Positions 1 through 10,322 of a stretch of 49,663 nucleotides of DNA are shown in pieces (the first letter of the stretch is position 1; every line of letters begins with the position of its first letter). The notes below the pieces were generated by a model. That model saw only the letters and a program-made list of their open reading frames with translations, did no database searches and was not told where the DNA came from. Source of the stretch: Paracoccaceae bacterium. GTDB lineage: Bacteria > Pseudomonadota > Alphaproteobacteria > Rhodobacterales > Rhodobacteraceae. The stretch is from assembly GCA_049419625.1 (NCBI GenBank), contig JBMSKG010000001.1:1-49663 (forward strand), read 5' to 3'. The position numbers were made by a program, and so were the translations under genes.

Positions 1-137
1 AGGGGCGCAAGGATCACCTCCCAGCCCGCCGCGCGCACCGCGTCGGTGATCTGGTTCAGCATTCCGCCCGTCCCGGCGGCATGTCTGCCCCGAAGGTGGG
101 CATCAAGGTGGAAATGTAGAATCTTCGGTTCGGCCAT
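1..137 (-). CDS. Hypothetical protein, N-terminal part only (runs off the window start)
   Basis: Hand translation from ATG at 137 on the minus strand gives MAEPKILHFHLDAHLRGRHAAGTGGMLNQITDAVRAAGWEVILAP with no stop; divergent from hslV. Not in the ORF track. Confidence 0.55.
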   Translation of the reverse strand, partial: MAEPKILHFHLDAHLRGRHAAGTGGMLNQITDAVRAAGWEVILAP

Positions 138-246
138 AGGTTGAATGTGCTGCGACTGACGGCGCGCGGCAAGCGCCGTTTCGCCTGTGCCAGTTGAATT
201 GCCCCGAGCAGGCTTTCATAGTGGCGCAGGGCAAAAGGAGCGGATG

Positions 247-804
247 ATGGCAGACGACAAGTTTCCCGGCTGGCATGGCACCACGATTCTGGCGGTGCGG
301 CGCGGTGGCAAGGTTGTGGTGGCAGGGGATGGCCAGGTGTCGCTGGGCAATACCGTCATCAAGGGCAGTGCGCGCAAGGTGCGGCGGCTGTCGCCCGGTG
401 GGCATGATGTGGTCTGCGGCTTTGCCGGATCCACCGCCGATGCCTTTACGTTGTTGGAGCGGCTGGAGAAAAAGCTGGAATCCGCGCCGGGGCAACTGGC
501 CCGCGCCTGCGTGGAATTGGCGAAGGATTGGCGCATGGACAAATACCTGCGCAATCTTGAGGCCATGCTGATCGTGACCGATGGGGCTGATCTCTATGTC
601 ATCACCGGCGCGGGGGATGTGCTAGAGCCGGAACATGATGTTACCGCGATTGGGTCGGGCGGCAACTTTGCCTTGGCCGCGGCGCGCGGCTTGATGCACT
701 CGGACCTGCCCGCCGAGGAGATTGCGCGCAAGGCGATGGCGATTGCGGCGGATATTTGCGTGTTCACCAATGGCAACCTGACTGTGGAGACCATCTCGAA
801 ATGA
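247..804 (+). CDS. hslV: ATP-dependent protease peptidase subunit HslV
   Basis: [10 protein letters not shown] with N-terminal Thr nucleophile after a short propeptide, [20 protein letters not shown]; SD AAGGAG at 235-240 favours ATG 247; followed by hslU. Confidence 0.97.
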   Translation: MADDKFPGWHGTTILAVRRGGKVVVAGDGQVSLGNTVIKGSARKVRRLSPGGHDVVCGFAGSTADAFTLLERLEKKLESAPGQLARACVELAKDWRMDKYLRNLEAMLIVTDGADLYVITGAGDVLEPEHDVTAIGSGGNFALAAARGLMHSDLPAEEIARKAMAIAADICVFTNGNLTVETISK

Positions 805-2099
805 CCAACCTGACCCCGCGTGAGATTGTCTCGGAGTTGGATCGCCACATCATCGGCCAGCGCGATGCCAAGCGCGCCGTGGCCGTGGCCTTGCGCAACC
901 GCTGGCGGCGCAAGCATCTGGCCGATGATCTGCGCGATGAGGTTTACCCGAAGAACATCCTGATGATTGGCCCCACCGGGGTGGGAAAGACCGAGATCAG
1001 CCGCCGTCTGGCCAAGCTGGCGCGTGCGCCGTTCCTGAAGGTGGAGGCGACGAAGTTCACCGAGGTGGGCTATGTCGGCCGCGATGTGGACAGCATCATT
1101 CGTGATCTGGTGGATGCCGCGATGATCGACACCCGCACGCGCATGCGTGACGAGGTGAAGGCCCGCGCGCAAAAGGCCGCCGAGGAGCGTGTGATCGAGG
1201 CGCTGGCGGGCAAGGACGCGCGCGAGCAGACCCGCGAGATGTTTCGCGGCAAGCTGAAGCGCGGCGAGTTGGACAGCACGATGATCGAGATCGATGTGCA
1301 GGACAGTGCCGCCCCGCAGGGCATGTTCGGGATGATGCCGGGCATGGAAAACCAGATGCAGGGGTTGAATGATTTGTTCAAAGCCTTCGGCGGGCGCACC
1401 ACGCGCAAGCGGGTTTCGGTGGCCGACAGCTATGAGCTGCTGATTGGGCAAGAGGCGGACAAGCTATTGGATGATGAGGCGGTGAAAGCCGCCGCGTTGG
1501 AGGCGGTGCAGGAAAACGGCATCGTGTTTCTGGACGAGATCGACAAGATCTGTGCCCGTTCCGATGCGCGGGGGGCTGATGTGTCGCGCGAGGGGGTGCA
1601 GCGCGATCTGCTGCCGTTGATTGAGGGAACGACTGTGTCCACCAAATATGGTCCGGTGAAAACTGACCATATCCTGTTCATCGCCTCAGGCGCGTTCCAT
1701 ATCGCCAAGCCGTCCGATCTGTTGCCGGAATTGCAGGGCCGTTTGCCCATTCGGGTGGAGCTGGCGCCGCTGACCGAGGATGATTTCGTGCGCATCCTGA
1801 CCGAAACCGACAATGCGCTGACCCGGCAGTATTCGGCGCTGATGGCTACCGAGGAGGTGACTGTCACCTTTACCGCCGATGGCATTGCGGCGCTGGCGCG
1901 GATTGCCGCCGAGGTGAACCGCAGCGTGGAAAACATTGGCGCGCGCAGGCTTTATACGGTGATGGAGCGGGTGTTCGAGGAGTTGTCCTTTACCGCGCCG
2001 GACCGGGCGGGGGACAGCGTGACGGTAGATGCAGAGTTTGTCGAAAAACATCTTGGGGCCTTGTCGCGCTCTGCCGATATCTCGCGTTATGTCTTGTGA
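801..2099 (+). CDS. hslU: ATP-dependent protease ATPase subunit HslU
   Basis: [20 protein letters not shown], Walker [18 protein letters not shown], Walker [16 protein letters not shown]; ATG 801 overlaps the hslV stop (ATGA). Confidence 0.98.
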   Translation: MTNLTPREIVSELDRHIIGQRDAKRAVAVALRNRWRRKHLADDLRDEVYPKNILMIGPTGVGKTEISRRLAKLARAPFLKVEATKFTEVGYVGRDVDSIIRDLVDAAMIDTRTRMRDEVKARAQKAAEERVIEALAGKDAREQTREMFRGKLKRGELDSTMIEIDVQDSAAPQGMFGMMPGMENQMQGLNDLFKAFGGRTTRKRVSVADSYELLIGQEADKLLDDEAVKAAALEAVQENGIVFLDEIDKICARSDARGADVSREGVQRDLLPLIEGTTVSTKYGPVKTDHILFIASGAFHIAKPSDLLPELQGRLPIRVELAPLTEDDFVRILTETDNALTRQYSALMATEEVTVTFTADGIAALARIAAEVNRSVENIGARRLYTVMERVFEELSFTAPDRAGDSVTVDAEFVEKHLGALSRSADISRYVL

Positions 2100-3199
2100 C
2101 GCGCGCCTTTCTCTTTGTGGCGCTGGCCGTTCTTGTTGCGTGCAGCCCGCGTGGGCAGATCACCTATAGCCCCGACGCGGCGCAGGTCGGTGAGGTTACT
2201 CCGGTGTTCATTGGAACGACACGGGTGTTGGCGGATGGGGCGTTTGGCGCAGATCGCAGCGAAGAGATGCGCTTTGCGCGCTTTGACGTGTCGATTCCGC
2301 CGCAGCGCACGCGGGGCGATATCAATTGGCCGACGCGGTTCGAGAAACCCAATCCTGAGCGGCACTTTCTGACGACGAAAGAGGTGCTTTACACCTCGAG
2401 CCGCGATTTCAAGGCCGATTTGCAGCGGAATCTGGCGGCGAACGGCTATGAAGCGGTCATTTTTGTCCATGGCTACAACAACAACTTTGCCGAAGGCGTC
2501 TACCGGGTTGCCCAGTTCTCGCATGATCTGGAAATCCCTGGCGCCGTTGTGCATTACGCCTGGCCCTCGGCGGCCAAACCGTTGGGTTATGTCTATGATC
2601 GGGACTCGGCGCTGTTTGCCCGTGACGGATTGGAACGGCTGATCGACGAGGTGTCGGCGGCTGGGGCCCGGCGGATTTTGTTGGTGGCCCATTCGATGGG
2701 ATCGGGGCTTGCCATGGAGGCTTTGCGTCAGGCCGCCATTCGCGGCGATCAGGTGGCGCTGAACCGTATGGCCGGGGTGATCCTGATTTCGCCGGATATC
2801 GATGTGGAAGTGTTTCGCTCTCAGGTCAGCGCCATCGGCCTGCTGCCGCAGCCATTTTTGATTTTCGGGTCAGATCGGGACAGGCTTTTGGGCCTGTCTG
2901 CGCGGCTGACGGGACAGCGCGAACGGCTGGGATCCTTATCAGATGTCTCGCAGGTGGCTGATTTGAAGGTCACCTTTATGGATGTTGGTGAGTTTGCCAG
3001 TGGTGCTGGCCATTTTACGCTGGGGGATAGCCCGGCGTTGATCCGGTTGATCGACAACATTGGCCAGATCCAGGGCGCGTTTGAGGCGGATCGCGCGCGG
3101 CGGGTGGGTTTGCTGTCGGGGGCAGTGTTGACCGTTCAGAACGCCACACAGATCATCCTGCACCCGCTGGCCCAGATCGCGAGCGACGTGAACCAATAG
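2096..3199 (+). CDS. Alpha/beta hydrolase lipoprotein (DUF900-like)
   Basis: Lipobox [18 protein letters not shown], nucleophile elbow AHSMG, SPDID; GTG start overlaps the hslU stop. Confidence 0.8.
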   Translation: MTRAFLFVALAVLVACSPRGQITYSPDAAQVGEVTPVFIGTTRVLADGAFGADRSEEMRFARFDVSIPPQRTRGDINWPTRFEKPNPERHFLTTKEVLYTSSRDFKADLQRNLAANGYEAVIFVHGYNNNFAEGVYRVAQFSHDLEIPGAVVHYAWPSAAKPLGYVYDRDSALFARDGLERLIDEVSAAGARRILLVAHSMGSGLAMEALRQAAIRGDQVALNRMAGVILISPDIDVEVFRSQVSAIGLLPQPFLIFGSDRDRLLGLSARLTGQRERLGSLSDVSQVADLKVTFMDVGEFASGAGHFTLGDSPALIRLIDNIGQIQGAFEADRARRVGLLSGAVLTVQNATQIILHPLAQIASDVNQ

Positions 3200-3811
3200 C
3201 TAGCGGCGGCGCAGATAGACGTAATAAGCGCCCGAGCCACCGTGTTTCAGGTGCGCCTCGGACACCTGCAGCACGGCTTGTCCCAAGGGGGGCAGGCGCA
3301 GCCATTGCGGCACCTGATGGCGCAAAACGCCCATGCGCTGCGGGATGGGGCCAATGTCTTGGCCCCGCTTTCCCTTGCCAGTGATGACAAGCACCAAACG
3401 CGCGCCATCAGATTGTGCGTTCAGGATAAAGCGGATCAGTTCGGGATGCGCCTCGGACAGGGTCAGGCCATGCAGGTCGATCCGTGCCTCGGGGGTCAGC
3501 TTGCCCCGGGTCATCTTGCCGTGCGTCTTGGCGTCCATTTGCAGCGGGGCGGCCGAAAGGGTCTCGGCCGGGCTGGGCACCAGATCAATTTTTGTGGCAG
3601 AGCGAGACTTTTCGCCAAGGTGAAACAAGGGCAGGCGGGGGTGGGTATGCCCGTGAGGCTCGGGTGCCTCGGGGTGCAAAGGCACGGCATTGCGGGGGGT
3701 GTCCACCTCTTTCAGGAAGAGCTGGCGACCGGGATGCATCGGCGTGGCGGTGCGCGCCACGGCGGCCCAGATTTCCTGTTCTTCAGGACGCAAGGTGCGG
3801 CGGCGGGCCAT
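3200..3811 (-). CDS. Smr domain protein (standalone small MutS-related)
   Basis: IDLHG, VITGKG and HGGSGAYYVYLRR Smr motifs; downstream of mltA as usual in alphaproteobacteria. Confidence 0.9.
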   Translation of the reverse strand: MARRRTLRPEEQEIWAAVARTATPMHPGRQLFLKEVDTPRNAVPLHPEAPEPHGHTHPRLPLFHLGEKSRSATKIDLVPSPAETLSAAPLQMDAKTHGKMTRGKLTPEARIDLHGLTLSEAHPELIRFILNAQSDGARLVLVITGKGKRGQDIGPIPQRMGVLRHQVPQWLRLPPLGQAVLQVSEAHLKHGGSGAYYVYLRRR

Positions 3812-3814
3812 CGA

Positions 3815-4840
3815 TCAGCCTTCGGGCAGCATCGCATAGGCGCGGTCGATGGGCAAAAGCACCACAAGGCGACCGCCATCCTTGACCTGCCCCGCCGCAT
3901 CGCCTGCGGCGTCGCCCGTTCCGTAGAACACATCCACACGCTGCGGGCCTTTGATCGCGCCGCCGGTGTCTTGCGCCACCATCAGGCTGCGGATCGGATC
4001 GCCACCGTCCTTCTCGATCCAAACCGGGGCGCCAAGCGGGGTATAGTCGGGGTCAATCGCCACGGATCGCATTGGGGTGATCGACCGGCCCATCGCGCCG
4101 ATCGGGCCTTTTTCCGGCGGCAGATCATCAAGTTTGCGGAAAAAGATGTAGGATGGGTTGTAGTTCAGCATCGCGCTGCCAGCCCGCCCATTGGCGCGGA
4201 CCCAGTCCCGAATTCTTTGGGCCGAAAGCTCGTCTGCGGTATGGGTGCCCCGGCGGATCATCTCTTGGCCGATAGACCGGTAAGCATGCCCGTTTCGCCC
4301 GCCATATCCCACGCGCATCACCTGGCCATCGGGCAGGCGGATGCGGCCCGAGCCCTGAATGTGCAGGAAATAGACCTCGACCGGGTCTTCCAGCCAGGCG
4401 AGTTCCAGACCACGGCCACGCAGGGCACCAGCCTCGATGCTGGCGCGGTCGTGGAACACCTGGCCATCGCGCAATTCGGGCGGGCGGCGGTAGATGGGAT
4501 AGGCGTAGCGCGGGCTGCGGGTGAGAGAGCCGTTCAACTCGGGTTCGTAATAGCCGGTGAAAAGCGCGGGTGGATCGCCGATGACCACGGGTCTGAAGAA
4601 CAGTTCAAAAAACGCTTTCGCGGAGGCGTCGGACGCCCCGGCATCTGCGGCAAAAGCGCAGATCGGGCGCCAGTCGGGGCCGGTCAGCTTGTCACAGGTT
4701 TCCAAAAAGCTGGTCAGGGCGGCGCGGTGGTCGTCCTTCTCCCAGCCTTCCAACTCGCTGAACTCAAGGATGGTTGCCCGGGCGGGGGCCGCCAGGGTCA
4801 TGGCAAACGCCAGACAGCCAAGGACCGCCGCCGCACGCAT
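3815..4840 (-). CDS. mltA: Membrane-bound lytic murein transglycosylase A
   Basis: Signal peptide, FTGYYEP, IQGSG, NPSYIFF, 3D-domain AQDTGGAIKG and DVFYGTG. Confidence 0.93.
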   Translation of the reverse strand: MRAAAVLGCLAFAMTLAAPARATILEFSELEGWEKDDHRAALTSFLETCDKLTGPDWRPICAFAADAGASDASAKAFFELFFRPVVIGDPPALFTGYYEPELNGSLTRSPRYAYPIYRRPPELRDGQVFHDRASIEAGALRGRGLELAWLEDPVEVYFLHIQGSGRIRLPDGQVMRVGYGGRNGHAYRSIGQEMIRRGTHTADELSAQRIRDWVRANGRAGSAMLNYNPSYIFFRKLDDLPPEKGPIGAMGRSITPMRSVAIDPDYTPLGAPVWIEKDGGDPIRSLMVAQDTGGAIKGPQRVDVFYGTGDAAGDAAGQVKDGGRLVVLLPIDRAYAMLPEG

Positions 4841-5499
4841 CAGTCCCCGGTCGCCACAAGCTGCCAGTTGGGGTCTTGCACGCCCATGCGGCGGGCAAAG
4901 GTCCAGGCGTCGCGCTGGCGTTTGGGGCTGGTGGGGTGACCATCGACCACTTCACCGGCGCCGTTGCGGACCACGGTGGTCAACTCTCCGGTAAAGCGGA
5001 CGGTGATTTCGGCGGTTCTTGAGGTGGTGTCGAATTCCGCCTCAGCGATGGTGAGTTCACGCAGGCCGATGAAATTGGCCTCAACCGTCAGGCCTTGCCG
5101 TTCACGGGCGTTGATGGCTTGGGCAAAGCTGGCCTCAACCTCGTCGTTCAGGAAGGGGCGGATGCTGTCGAGATCGCCGCGCTCAAAGGCCATGAGGATC
5201 ATTTCATAAGCGCCGCGCGCGCCAGTCAGGAATTCAGAGACGGAAAAGCCCGGCTCGGCCTGCTTCATCGCCGTCAATGCGCGGGCCGCGTCAGTGCCTT
5301 CGGCCACATGGTCGGTGATGTCGCGGTCAAGACCGCCTTCGATCACCTCGAATTTTTGGGTGGGGCGGGATTTGGCAGGATCAACCGGAACGACAGGCTT
5401 TTCGAACCCTTCGCGGGTTCCCAGAACTGCGCGCAGCTTTAGGATGAGAAAAACGGCGATCCCAGCGAGAACCAGAAGCTGCAACAGGGAAGAATTCAT
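4840..5499 (-). CDS. Tim44/TimA family membrane adaptor protein
   Basis: True start MNSSLLQLLVLAGIAVFLILKL at 5499 with GAGG SD; VLGTREG, FLTGARGAYEMI, DAWTFAR...NWQLVAT. The upstream part of the 402-aa ORF is antisense to fxsA. Confidence 0.9.
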   Translation of the reverse strand: MNSSLLQLLVLAGIAVFLILKLRAVLGTREGFEKPVVPVDPAKSRPTQKFEVIEGGLDRDITDHVAEGTDAARALTAMKQAEPGFSVSEFLTGARGAYEMILMAFERGDLDSIRPFLNDEVEASFAQAINARERQGLTVEANFIGLRELTIAEAEFDTTSRTAEITVRFTGELTTVVRNGAGEVVDGHPTSPKRQRDAWTFARRMGVQDPNWQLVATGD

Positions 5500-5554
5500 A
5501 TCGACCTCGGCACTAAATTGCCCAAAGGGTTGGTGGTTTGGGCTTAGAGAGCTT

Positions 5555-5583
5555 ATGTAGGGACTGTGGCTGCGCAAGTCCAG
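5555..5583 (-). promoter_or_regulatory. Possible RpoH-type promoter for the Tim44-mltA-smr unit
   Basis: Minus strand reads CTGGAC-N16-CCTACAT, resembling the alphaproteobacterial sigma32 pattern; motif similarity only. Confidence 0.3.
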
Positions 5584-5607
5584 TTTGCAGCGGCGAGGAA
5601 CGAGAAC

Positions 5608-6051
5608 ATGTGGGTCTTTGCGCTTATTTTGGCCGTGCCGCTGGTGGAAATCGGTCTTTTTGTCACGGTTGGCGGGGCTTTGGGGCTTTGGGGCACCCTG
5701 GCCTTTGTGCTGGCCTCGTCGGTGCTGGGGGTTTCCATCTTGCGGCGCGCGGCCGGATCTGTGCCGCGGCGCGGGCGCAGCCCTTTGCATCAGGTGGCCA
5801 GCGGCGGGTTTTCGGTTGTGGCGGCGATGTTGCTGATCTTGCCGGGGTTTCTGACCAGCGCCTTGGGGCTGATCTTGTTGATCCCGATTGTTCAGCGGAT
5901 GGTGATCGCGCTGGTGGGTCAGCGTTTGGCGGCGCGCGGGTTTCGCTTTGACGGCAAACCGCCGCAAGATGAGGTGGTGGAAGGGGAGTTCACCGTTGTC
6001 GTCGAACCGCGGGATGAGACGCTGCCGCCCTCGCGTTGGACCCGGCATTGA
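5608..6051 (+). CDS. fxsA: FxsA family membrane protein
   Basis: PLVEIGLFV...GG and LLILPGFLT motifs; located between Tim44 and secB; SD GAGG before ATG 5608. Confidence 0.88.
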   Translation: MWVFALILAVPLVEIGLFVTVGGALGLWGTLAFVLASSVLGVSILRRAAGSVPRRGRSPLHQVASGGFSVVAAMLLILPGFLTSALGLILLIPIVQRMVIALVGQRLAARGFRFDGKPPQDEVVEGEFTVVVEPRDETLPPSRWTRH

Positions 6052-6108
6052 GGCCGCCCGATTGACCTGCTAGGAAAGCGGTCAAGAGCGAAATGAGGAG
6101 TTATGGGA

Positions 6109-6591
6109 ATGGCCGAGGAAAACGGCGCTGCGCCGCAGGTTCGGATGTCGGTGATGGCGCAGTTCGTGCGCGATATGTCGTTTGAGAATGTGGTTGCGCA
6201 GAAAGGCGTTTCCGGGACCGATGTGCAGCCTGATATTCAGGTGGCTGTCAGCCTGGACGCGCGCAAGCGGCAGGTGGATCACCAGTATGAGATTGTCACG
6301 AAGTACAAGGTGACATCGAAGAACAAAGCCACCGGCGATGTGCTATTCTTGCTGGAGGTGGATTACGGCGGCGTGTTCCATGTGGAGGGCGTGCCAGATG
6401 ACCAACTGCACCCGTTCCTGCTGATCGAATGCCCGCGGATGCTGTTCCCCTTTGTGCGGCGCATCATTTCGGACGTCACTCGTGATGGTGGCTTCCCCCC
6501 GTTGAACATCGATACCGTCGATTTTCTGGCGCTGTATCGTCAGGAAATGGCACGTCGCGCCCAAGCGCAGGCGCAGGCCGTTCCGAACTGA
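6109..6591 (+). CDS. secB: Protein-export chaperone SecB
   Basis: QFVRDMSFEN, IECPRMLFPFVR, DGGFPPL, DFLALY; SD GAGGAG at 6095-6100 favours ATG 6109. Confidence 0.96.
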   Translation: MAEENGAAPQVRMSVMAQFVRDMSFENVVAQKGVSGTDVQPDIQVAVSLDARKRQVDHQYEIVTKYKVTSKNKATGDVLFLLEVDYGGVFHVEGVPDDQLHPFLLIECPRMLFPFVRRIISDVTRDGGFPPLNIDTVDFLALYRQEMARRAQAQAQAVPN

Positions 6592-6600
6592 GACTTTTGA

Positions 6601-6630
6601 AAAGGCTGGCCCCTTACCGGGCTGGCCTTT
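6601..6630. terminator. Hairpin between convergent secB and dnaQ
   Basis: AAAGGCTGGCCC-CTTACC-GGGCTGGCCTTT; 12-bp stem with two G:U pairs on the plus-strand RNA. Confidence 0.6.
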
Positions 6631-7327
6631 ACGCCCGCTTTGTCCAAAGCGCCGCTGCGCCCAGCTTGGCAACCAAAGCGGCGTGCGCCGCGGCTTCACC
6701 GGCGGTGATGCGGGGCGACAGCGGTTCGGGGCGCGGGCGGGGTCGCCAATCATCACTTTGCGCTGATCCGGACGCGTCGTTTTTCGCAGGCTGGCTGGCG
6801 AGTGCGAAATCAGGTTGCCGGCCGCCGATCAGTTCCAGATAAACCTCGGCCAGAATCTCGCTGTCCAAAAGCGCGCCGTGCTTTTCGCGCGCGGAATTGT
6901 CGACACCAAAGCGGCGGCAGAGTGCATCAAGCGAGGCCGGAGAACCCGGGAACTTTTGGCGCGAGATGGCCAGCGTATCGATGGCGCGTGGCCAGTCTAT
7001 GGGGGGCAGGCCAATCAGTTTCAGCTCAAAATTCAGGAACTTGATGTCGAAGGCCGCGTTGTGAATGACCAGCTTGGCATCGCCGATGAAGTCGAGAAAG
7101 GCGCGGCCAATATCGCGAAACACGGGTTTGTCGCGTAGGAAGTCATCGCCCAAACCGTGAACTTCGAACGCCTCTTTCGGCATGGAGCGTTCGGGGTTGA
7201 TGTATTGGTGATAGGTGCGGCCGGTGGGCATGTGGTTGAACAGCTCAACCGCGCCGATTTCGACGATGCGGTGGCCTTCAGAGGGTTCAAAGCCGGTGGT
7301 TTCGGTATCCAGAACGATTTCACGCAT
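6629..7327 (-). CDS. dnaQ: DNA polymerase III epsilon subunit
   Basis: MREIVLDTETTG (ExoI), HNAAFD, HGALLDSEIL; start trimmed to ATG 7327. Confidence 0.96.
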   Translation of the reverse strand: MREIVLDTETTGFEPSEGHRIVEIGAVELFNHMPTGRTYHQYINPERSMPKEAFEVHGLGDDFLRDKPVFRDIGRAFLDFIGDAKLVIHNAAFDIKFLNFELKLIGLPPIDWPRAIDTLAISRQKFPGSPASLDALCRRFGVDNSAREKHGALLDSEILAEVYLELIGGRQPDFALASQPAKNDASGSAQSDDWRPRPRPEPLSPRITAGEAAAHAALVAKLGAAALWTKRA

Positions 7328-7916
7328 GGCGGCGGCCTTCGCGGATATGGGTGATAAGCGCGCGAACATAGGCGCGGGTGCTGTCGAGGGACAGGGTTTC
7401 CACGATATGCGTGGCGCGGGCGCGTTTTTCGGCATCTGGCATCTGGCGGGCTAGGATGGTCTGGAACTGGTCCTCGGTGAGCGTGCCGCGCGCCATGACG
7501 CGGGCCTTTTGCAGGGCGGGCGGTGCGGTGCACAGGAGTGTGGCATCCATCTGCGCCTCGGTGCCCTTTTCGAAGAGAAGCGGGATGTCGAGGACGACGA
7601 TGTCGGCCTGGGCCTGCGCGATGAAGGCGTCGCGGTCGGCGGCGACTAGCGGATGGACGATGGCTTCAAGCTGCGCCAGCGCGGATGCATCAGAGCCGAT
7701 CCAGCGTTTCAGGGCATCGCGGTCAAGGCCGCTAGGGGTTTCAGCCTCAGGGCAAAGTGCCGCAATAGGGGCTACGGCTGCGCCGTTTGGGCCGTAAAGG
7801 CGATGCACGGCAGCATCGGCATCCCAGACGGGCAAACCTTCATCGGCAAACATGGCGGCGGTGGTGGATTTGCCCATGCCGATGGAGCCAGTCAATCCAA
7901 GGCGAAAGGCGGTCAT
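7320..7916 (-). CDS. coaE: Dephospho-CoA kinase
   Basis: GLTGSIGMGKST, DADAAVH, IVHPLV, DIPLLFE. Confidence 0.96.
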   Translation of the reverse strand: MTAFRLGLTGSIGMGKSTTAAMFADEGLPVWDADAAVHRLYGPNGAAVAPIAALCPEAETPSGLDRDALKRWIGSDASALAQLEAIVHPLVAADRDAFIAQAQADIVVLDIPLLFEKGTEAQMDATLLCTAPPALQKARVMARGTLTEDQFQTILARQMPDAEKRARATHIVETLSLDSTRAYVRALITHIREGRRHA

Positions 7917-8752
7917 GCGCTGAGCACGGCTTGGCGGGTGGCCTCGTCCACCGCCGGGGTGGGGCCGAACCAGCGTTCAAAGCCGGGGGCCGCCTGATGC
8001 AAGAGCATGCCAAGGCCATCGACGATGGTGGCGCCGCGCTGTTCCGCCTCGGCCAGAAAGGCGGTTTTGAGGGGGTTGTAGACCAGATCGTTCACCACGG
8101 CGCCGGGTTCAATCGCATCAAGCGGCACACGGAATTCGGGTTTGCCGGCCATGCCGAGCGAGGTGGTGTTGATAACGGTGGCGGCCCCTTCCAGCATATT
8201 GGCGGCCTGAACCCAGTCATAAACCACCAGCTTGGCCCCGAAATCGGCGCGCAAGGCTTCGGCGCGGGGGCGAGAGCGGTTGGCGATGCGGATTTCCGGC
8301 ACGCCGACCTCGATCAGGGCCGCGACAACGGCGCGGGCGGCACCACCGGCCCCAAAGACGGCGGCGGGGCCCGCGGCGGGGACCCAATGCGGGGCGTTCT
8401 GGCGCAGATTGGCGACAAGGCCCGCGCCATCGGTGTTGTCGGCGTGGATCTTGCCGTCTTTTCGGAAGATCAGCGTGTTGGCAGCCCCGATCAAGGCGGC
8501 GCGGTCGGTGATGACGTCGGCGATCTTGAGAATGGCCTCTTTGTGGGGAAGCGTGACATTCAGCCCGACGAAGCCGATTTTGGGCAGATGGCGCAGGGTG
8601 GTTTCAAGGTCTGCCGGGGCGACATCCATGGGGATGTAATGACCCTTGACCCCATAGCGGCGCAGCCAGAACCCGTGCAGGGCCGGGGATCGGCTGTGCG
8701 CGATGGGGTGGCCGATGACACCGGCGAGGGGGATTTTGGCAAGCTCTGTCAT
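7913..8752 (-). CDS. aroE: Shikimate dehydrogenase
   Basis: [49 protein letters not shown]. Confidence 0.96.
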   Translation of the reverse strand: MTELAKIPLAGVIGHPIAHSRSPALHGFWLRRYGVKGHYIPMDVAPADLETTLRHLPKIGFVGLNVTLPHKEAILKIADVITDRAALIGAANTLIFRKDGKIHADNTDGAGLVANLRQNAPHWVPAAGPAAVFGAGGAARAVVAALIEVGVPEIRIANRSRPRAEALRADFGAKLVVYDWVQAANMLEGAATVINTTSLGMAGKPEFRVPLDAIEPGAVVNDLVYNPLKTAFLAEAEQRGATIVDGLGMLLHQAAPGFERWFGPTPAVDEATRQAVLSA

Positions 8753-9348
8753 GCCGGAATAAAACCCCGGGTCGCGAGATAGGACAAGAGGGGAAGCAGC
8801 GGCAGGCCAAGGATGGTGAAATAATCGCCGTCGATCCGGCTGAAGAGGCGCACCCCTTCGGCTTCGAGCATGTAGGCGCCGACGGAGTGGCTGATGTCGG
8901 GCCAGTTTCTGGCAAGGTAATCGTCAAGGTAGGCTTCGCTGAAATCACGCATTGTGAGGCGGGCTTGGCCGACATGTCGCCAGATCGGCTCGTCCCCGTC
9001 GTAAAGCACGGCGGCGGAGAGGAGGCTGTGGGTCTGGCCGCGCAAGGACAGAAGTTGGGTGCGCGCCTGATCCCGGGACGCGGGTTTCGCGAAGGCGGTA
9101 CCTTTGAAATCAAGCACTTGATCGCAGCCAAGCACCAGGCTGCCGGGGGTGCGGCTGGCGATCCGGGCGGCCTTCATTTCGGCCAAGGCATCGGCGATGT
9201 CGCGGGGCGTGGCGCCTTCGGCCTCCAGGCTTTGGCGGATGGTCTCCTCATCCACGCGCGCGGCCTGAGCCGAGACTTCAAGCCCGGCATTGCGCAGGAG
9301 TTGGAGGCGGATGGACGAGGTGGAGGCAAGGATCAGGGGGCGGGACAT
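8749..9348 (-). CDS. maf: Maf family nucleotide pyrophosphatase
   Basis: [39 protein letters not shown]; start trimmed to ATG 9348. Confidence 0.92.
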   Translation of the reverse strand: MSRPLILASTSSIRLQLLRNAGLEVSAQAARVDEETIRQSLEAEGATPRDIADALAEMKAARIASRTPGSLVLGCDQVLDFKGTAFAKPASRDQARTQLLSLRGQTHSLLSAAVLYDGDEPIWRHVGQARLTMRDFSEAYLDDYLARNWPDISHSVGAYMLEAEGVRLFSRIDGDYFTILGLPLLPLLSYLATRGFIPA

Positions 9349-9736
9349 GGTTGTGGATAAACTGTGTGGGAGTTTGGGGATCAGTGACAGGTTCGAGGCG
9401 CGATGGCCACAGGGTGTTGGCAACTGTGATCTTGTCAAGTCGGGCGGCAGAGCTTTTCCACATGAGGACAAAGCCCGAGGTGGGGGTGGGATGGCGTGTT
9501 TTCCAAGAGAGGGGAAATGCTGCCTTGGGGATATAGATCTACGTTAACAAATTGATTTCGTTATATTATCTTTACTCATATGTACTTCATACGATATTTT
9601 CCACAGGCTTTTGCTTGTGGGTTGTTTTGGGGATGAAAGGGGATGTTCCGATACCCACAGGCCCTACATCTTCATCTTCCATTAAGACTCTATTTCTTTA
9701 AGAAGAAGAAAAGCCAAGAGAATAGGTAGGGATGAG
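9349..9736. other. oriC: Predicted chromosomal replication origin (oriC)
   Basis: Intergenic between maf and hemJ-rho-mnmE-mnmG-parAB. Perfect DnaA box TGTGGATAA 9352-9360; near boxes TTTTCCACA 9454-9462 and 9597-9605, ATACCCACA 9651-9659; TGGGGA-type weak boxes at 9375, 9526, 9628; AT-rich tract 9531-9600 (16 G+C in 70 nt by hand count). Confidence 0.88.
9545..9557. promoter_or_regulatory. IHF binding site within oriC
   Basis: TAACAAATTGATT is an exact match to YAANNNNTTGATW (reverse complement of WATCAANNNNTTR). Confidence 0.7.
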
Positions 9737-10201
9737 ATGAGCGGGTTTTTGGCGGATTGGTATCTTTGGACCAAAGCGTTGCATGTGGTGTCGGTCATCT
9801 CGTGGATGGCGGGTCTGTTCTACCTGCCCCGGCTCTACGTCTATCATGTCGAAGGGCTGAGGAAACAAGGCGTGGTCGCTGGCAGTGAGATGGACCAGTT
9901 GTTTCAGCATCAAGAGCGTTTGTTGCTGAGGGCGATCATGAACCCGGCGATGATTGCGACTTGGGTGTTTGGATTGGCGCTGGTGTTGACGCCCGGGATT
10001 GTGGTTTGGACCGAGGCTTGGGTTTGGGTCAAGGCGATTTCGGTGGTGGCCATGACGGTGTTTCACATGTGGCTGGCTGCGCGGCGCAAGGCGTTTCTGG
10101 CCGGTGATAACCTGCTTTCGGGGCGGCAGTACCGCATGATGAATGAGGTTCCGACGGTCTTTATGCTGTTGATCGTCTTTGCGGTGATTCTGAAGTTCTG
10201 A
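9737..10201 (+). CDS. hemJ: Protoporphyrinogen oxidase HemJ
   Basis: KALHVVSVISWMAGLFYLPRLYVYH, ERLLLRAIMNPAM, YRMMNEVPT. Confidence 0.93.
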   Translation: MSGFLADWYLWTKALHVVSVISWMAGLFYLPRLYVYHVEGLRKQGVVAGSEMDQLFQHQERLLLRAIMNPAMIATWVFGLALVLTPGIVVWTEAWVWVKAISVVAMTVFHMWLAARRKAFLAGDNLLSGRQYRMMNEVPTVFMLLIVFAVILKF

Positions 10202-10205
10202 AAAC

Positions 10206-10234
10206 TTGACTCAGGCGAGATGCCGCCGTATGGC
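10206..10234 (+). promoter_or_regulatory. Putative sigma70 promoter for rho
   Basis: TTGACT-N17-TATGGC; a GANTC (GACTC 10208-10212) overlaps the -35 element. Confidence 0.45.
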
Positions 10235-10322
10235 CGAGCTATGCGTGGGCCGTCCGGCCGGAAGCGCTTTCCTGTTCACCGCTATGCTGATCGCCTGAGT
10301 TTGGCGAGCCGAGGGATATCCT

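Noticed and set aside
3242-4939. 565-aa plus-strand ORF and similar long ORFs (7787-8782, 39473-40438 part, 44574-45527)
   Set aside because: Antisense to well-supported genes, with no recognisable motifs.
3200-6591. smr-mltA-Tim44 / fxsA-secB as a novel system
   Set aside because: Widely conserved alphaproteobacterial arrangement.
9544-9558. CtrA site in oriC
   Set aside because: Only a TTAAC half-site; the second half of TTAA-N7-TTAA is absent, and the sequence fits IHF better.
9349-10201. Absence of dnaA and hemE next to oriC
   Set aside because: oriC unlinked from dnaA is normal in alphaproteobacteria, and the maf/hemJ flanking fits this lineage as I recall it.
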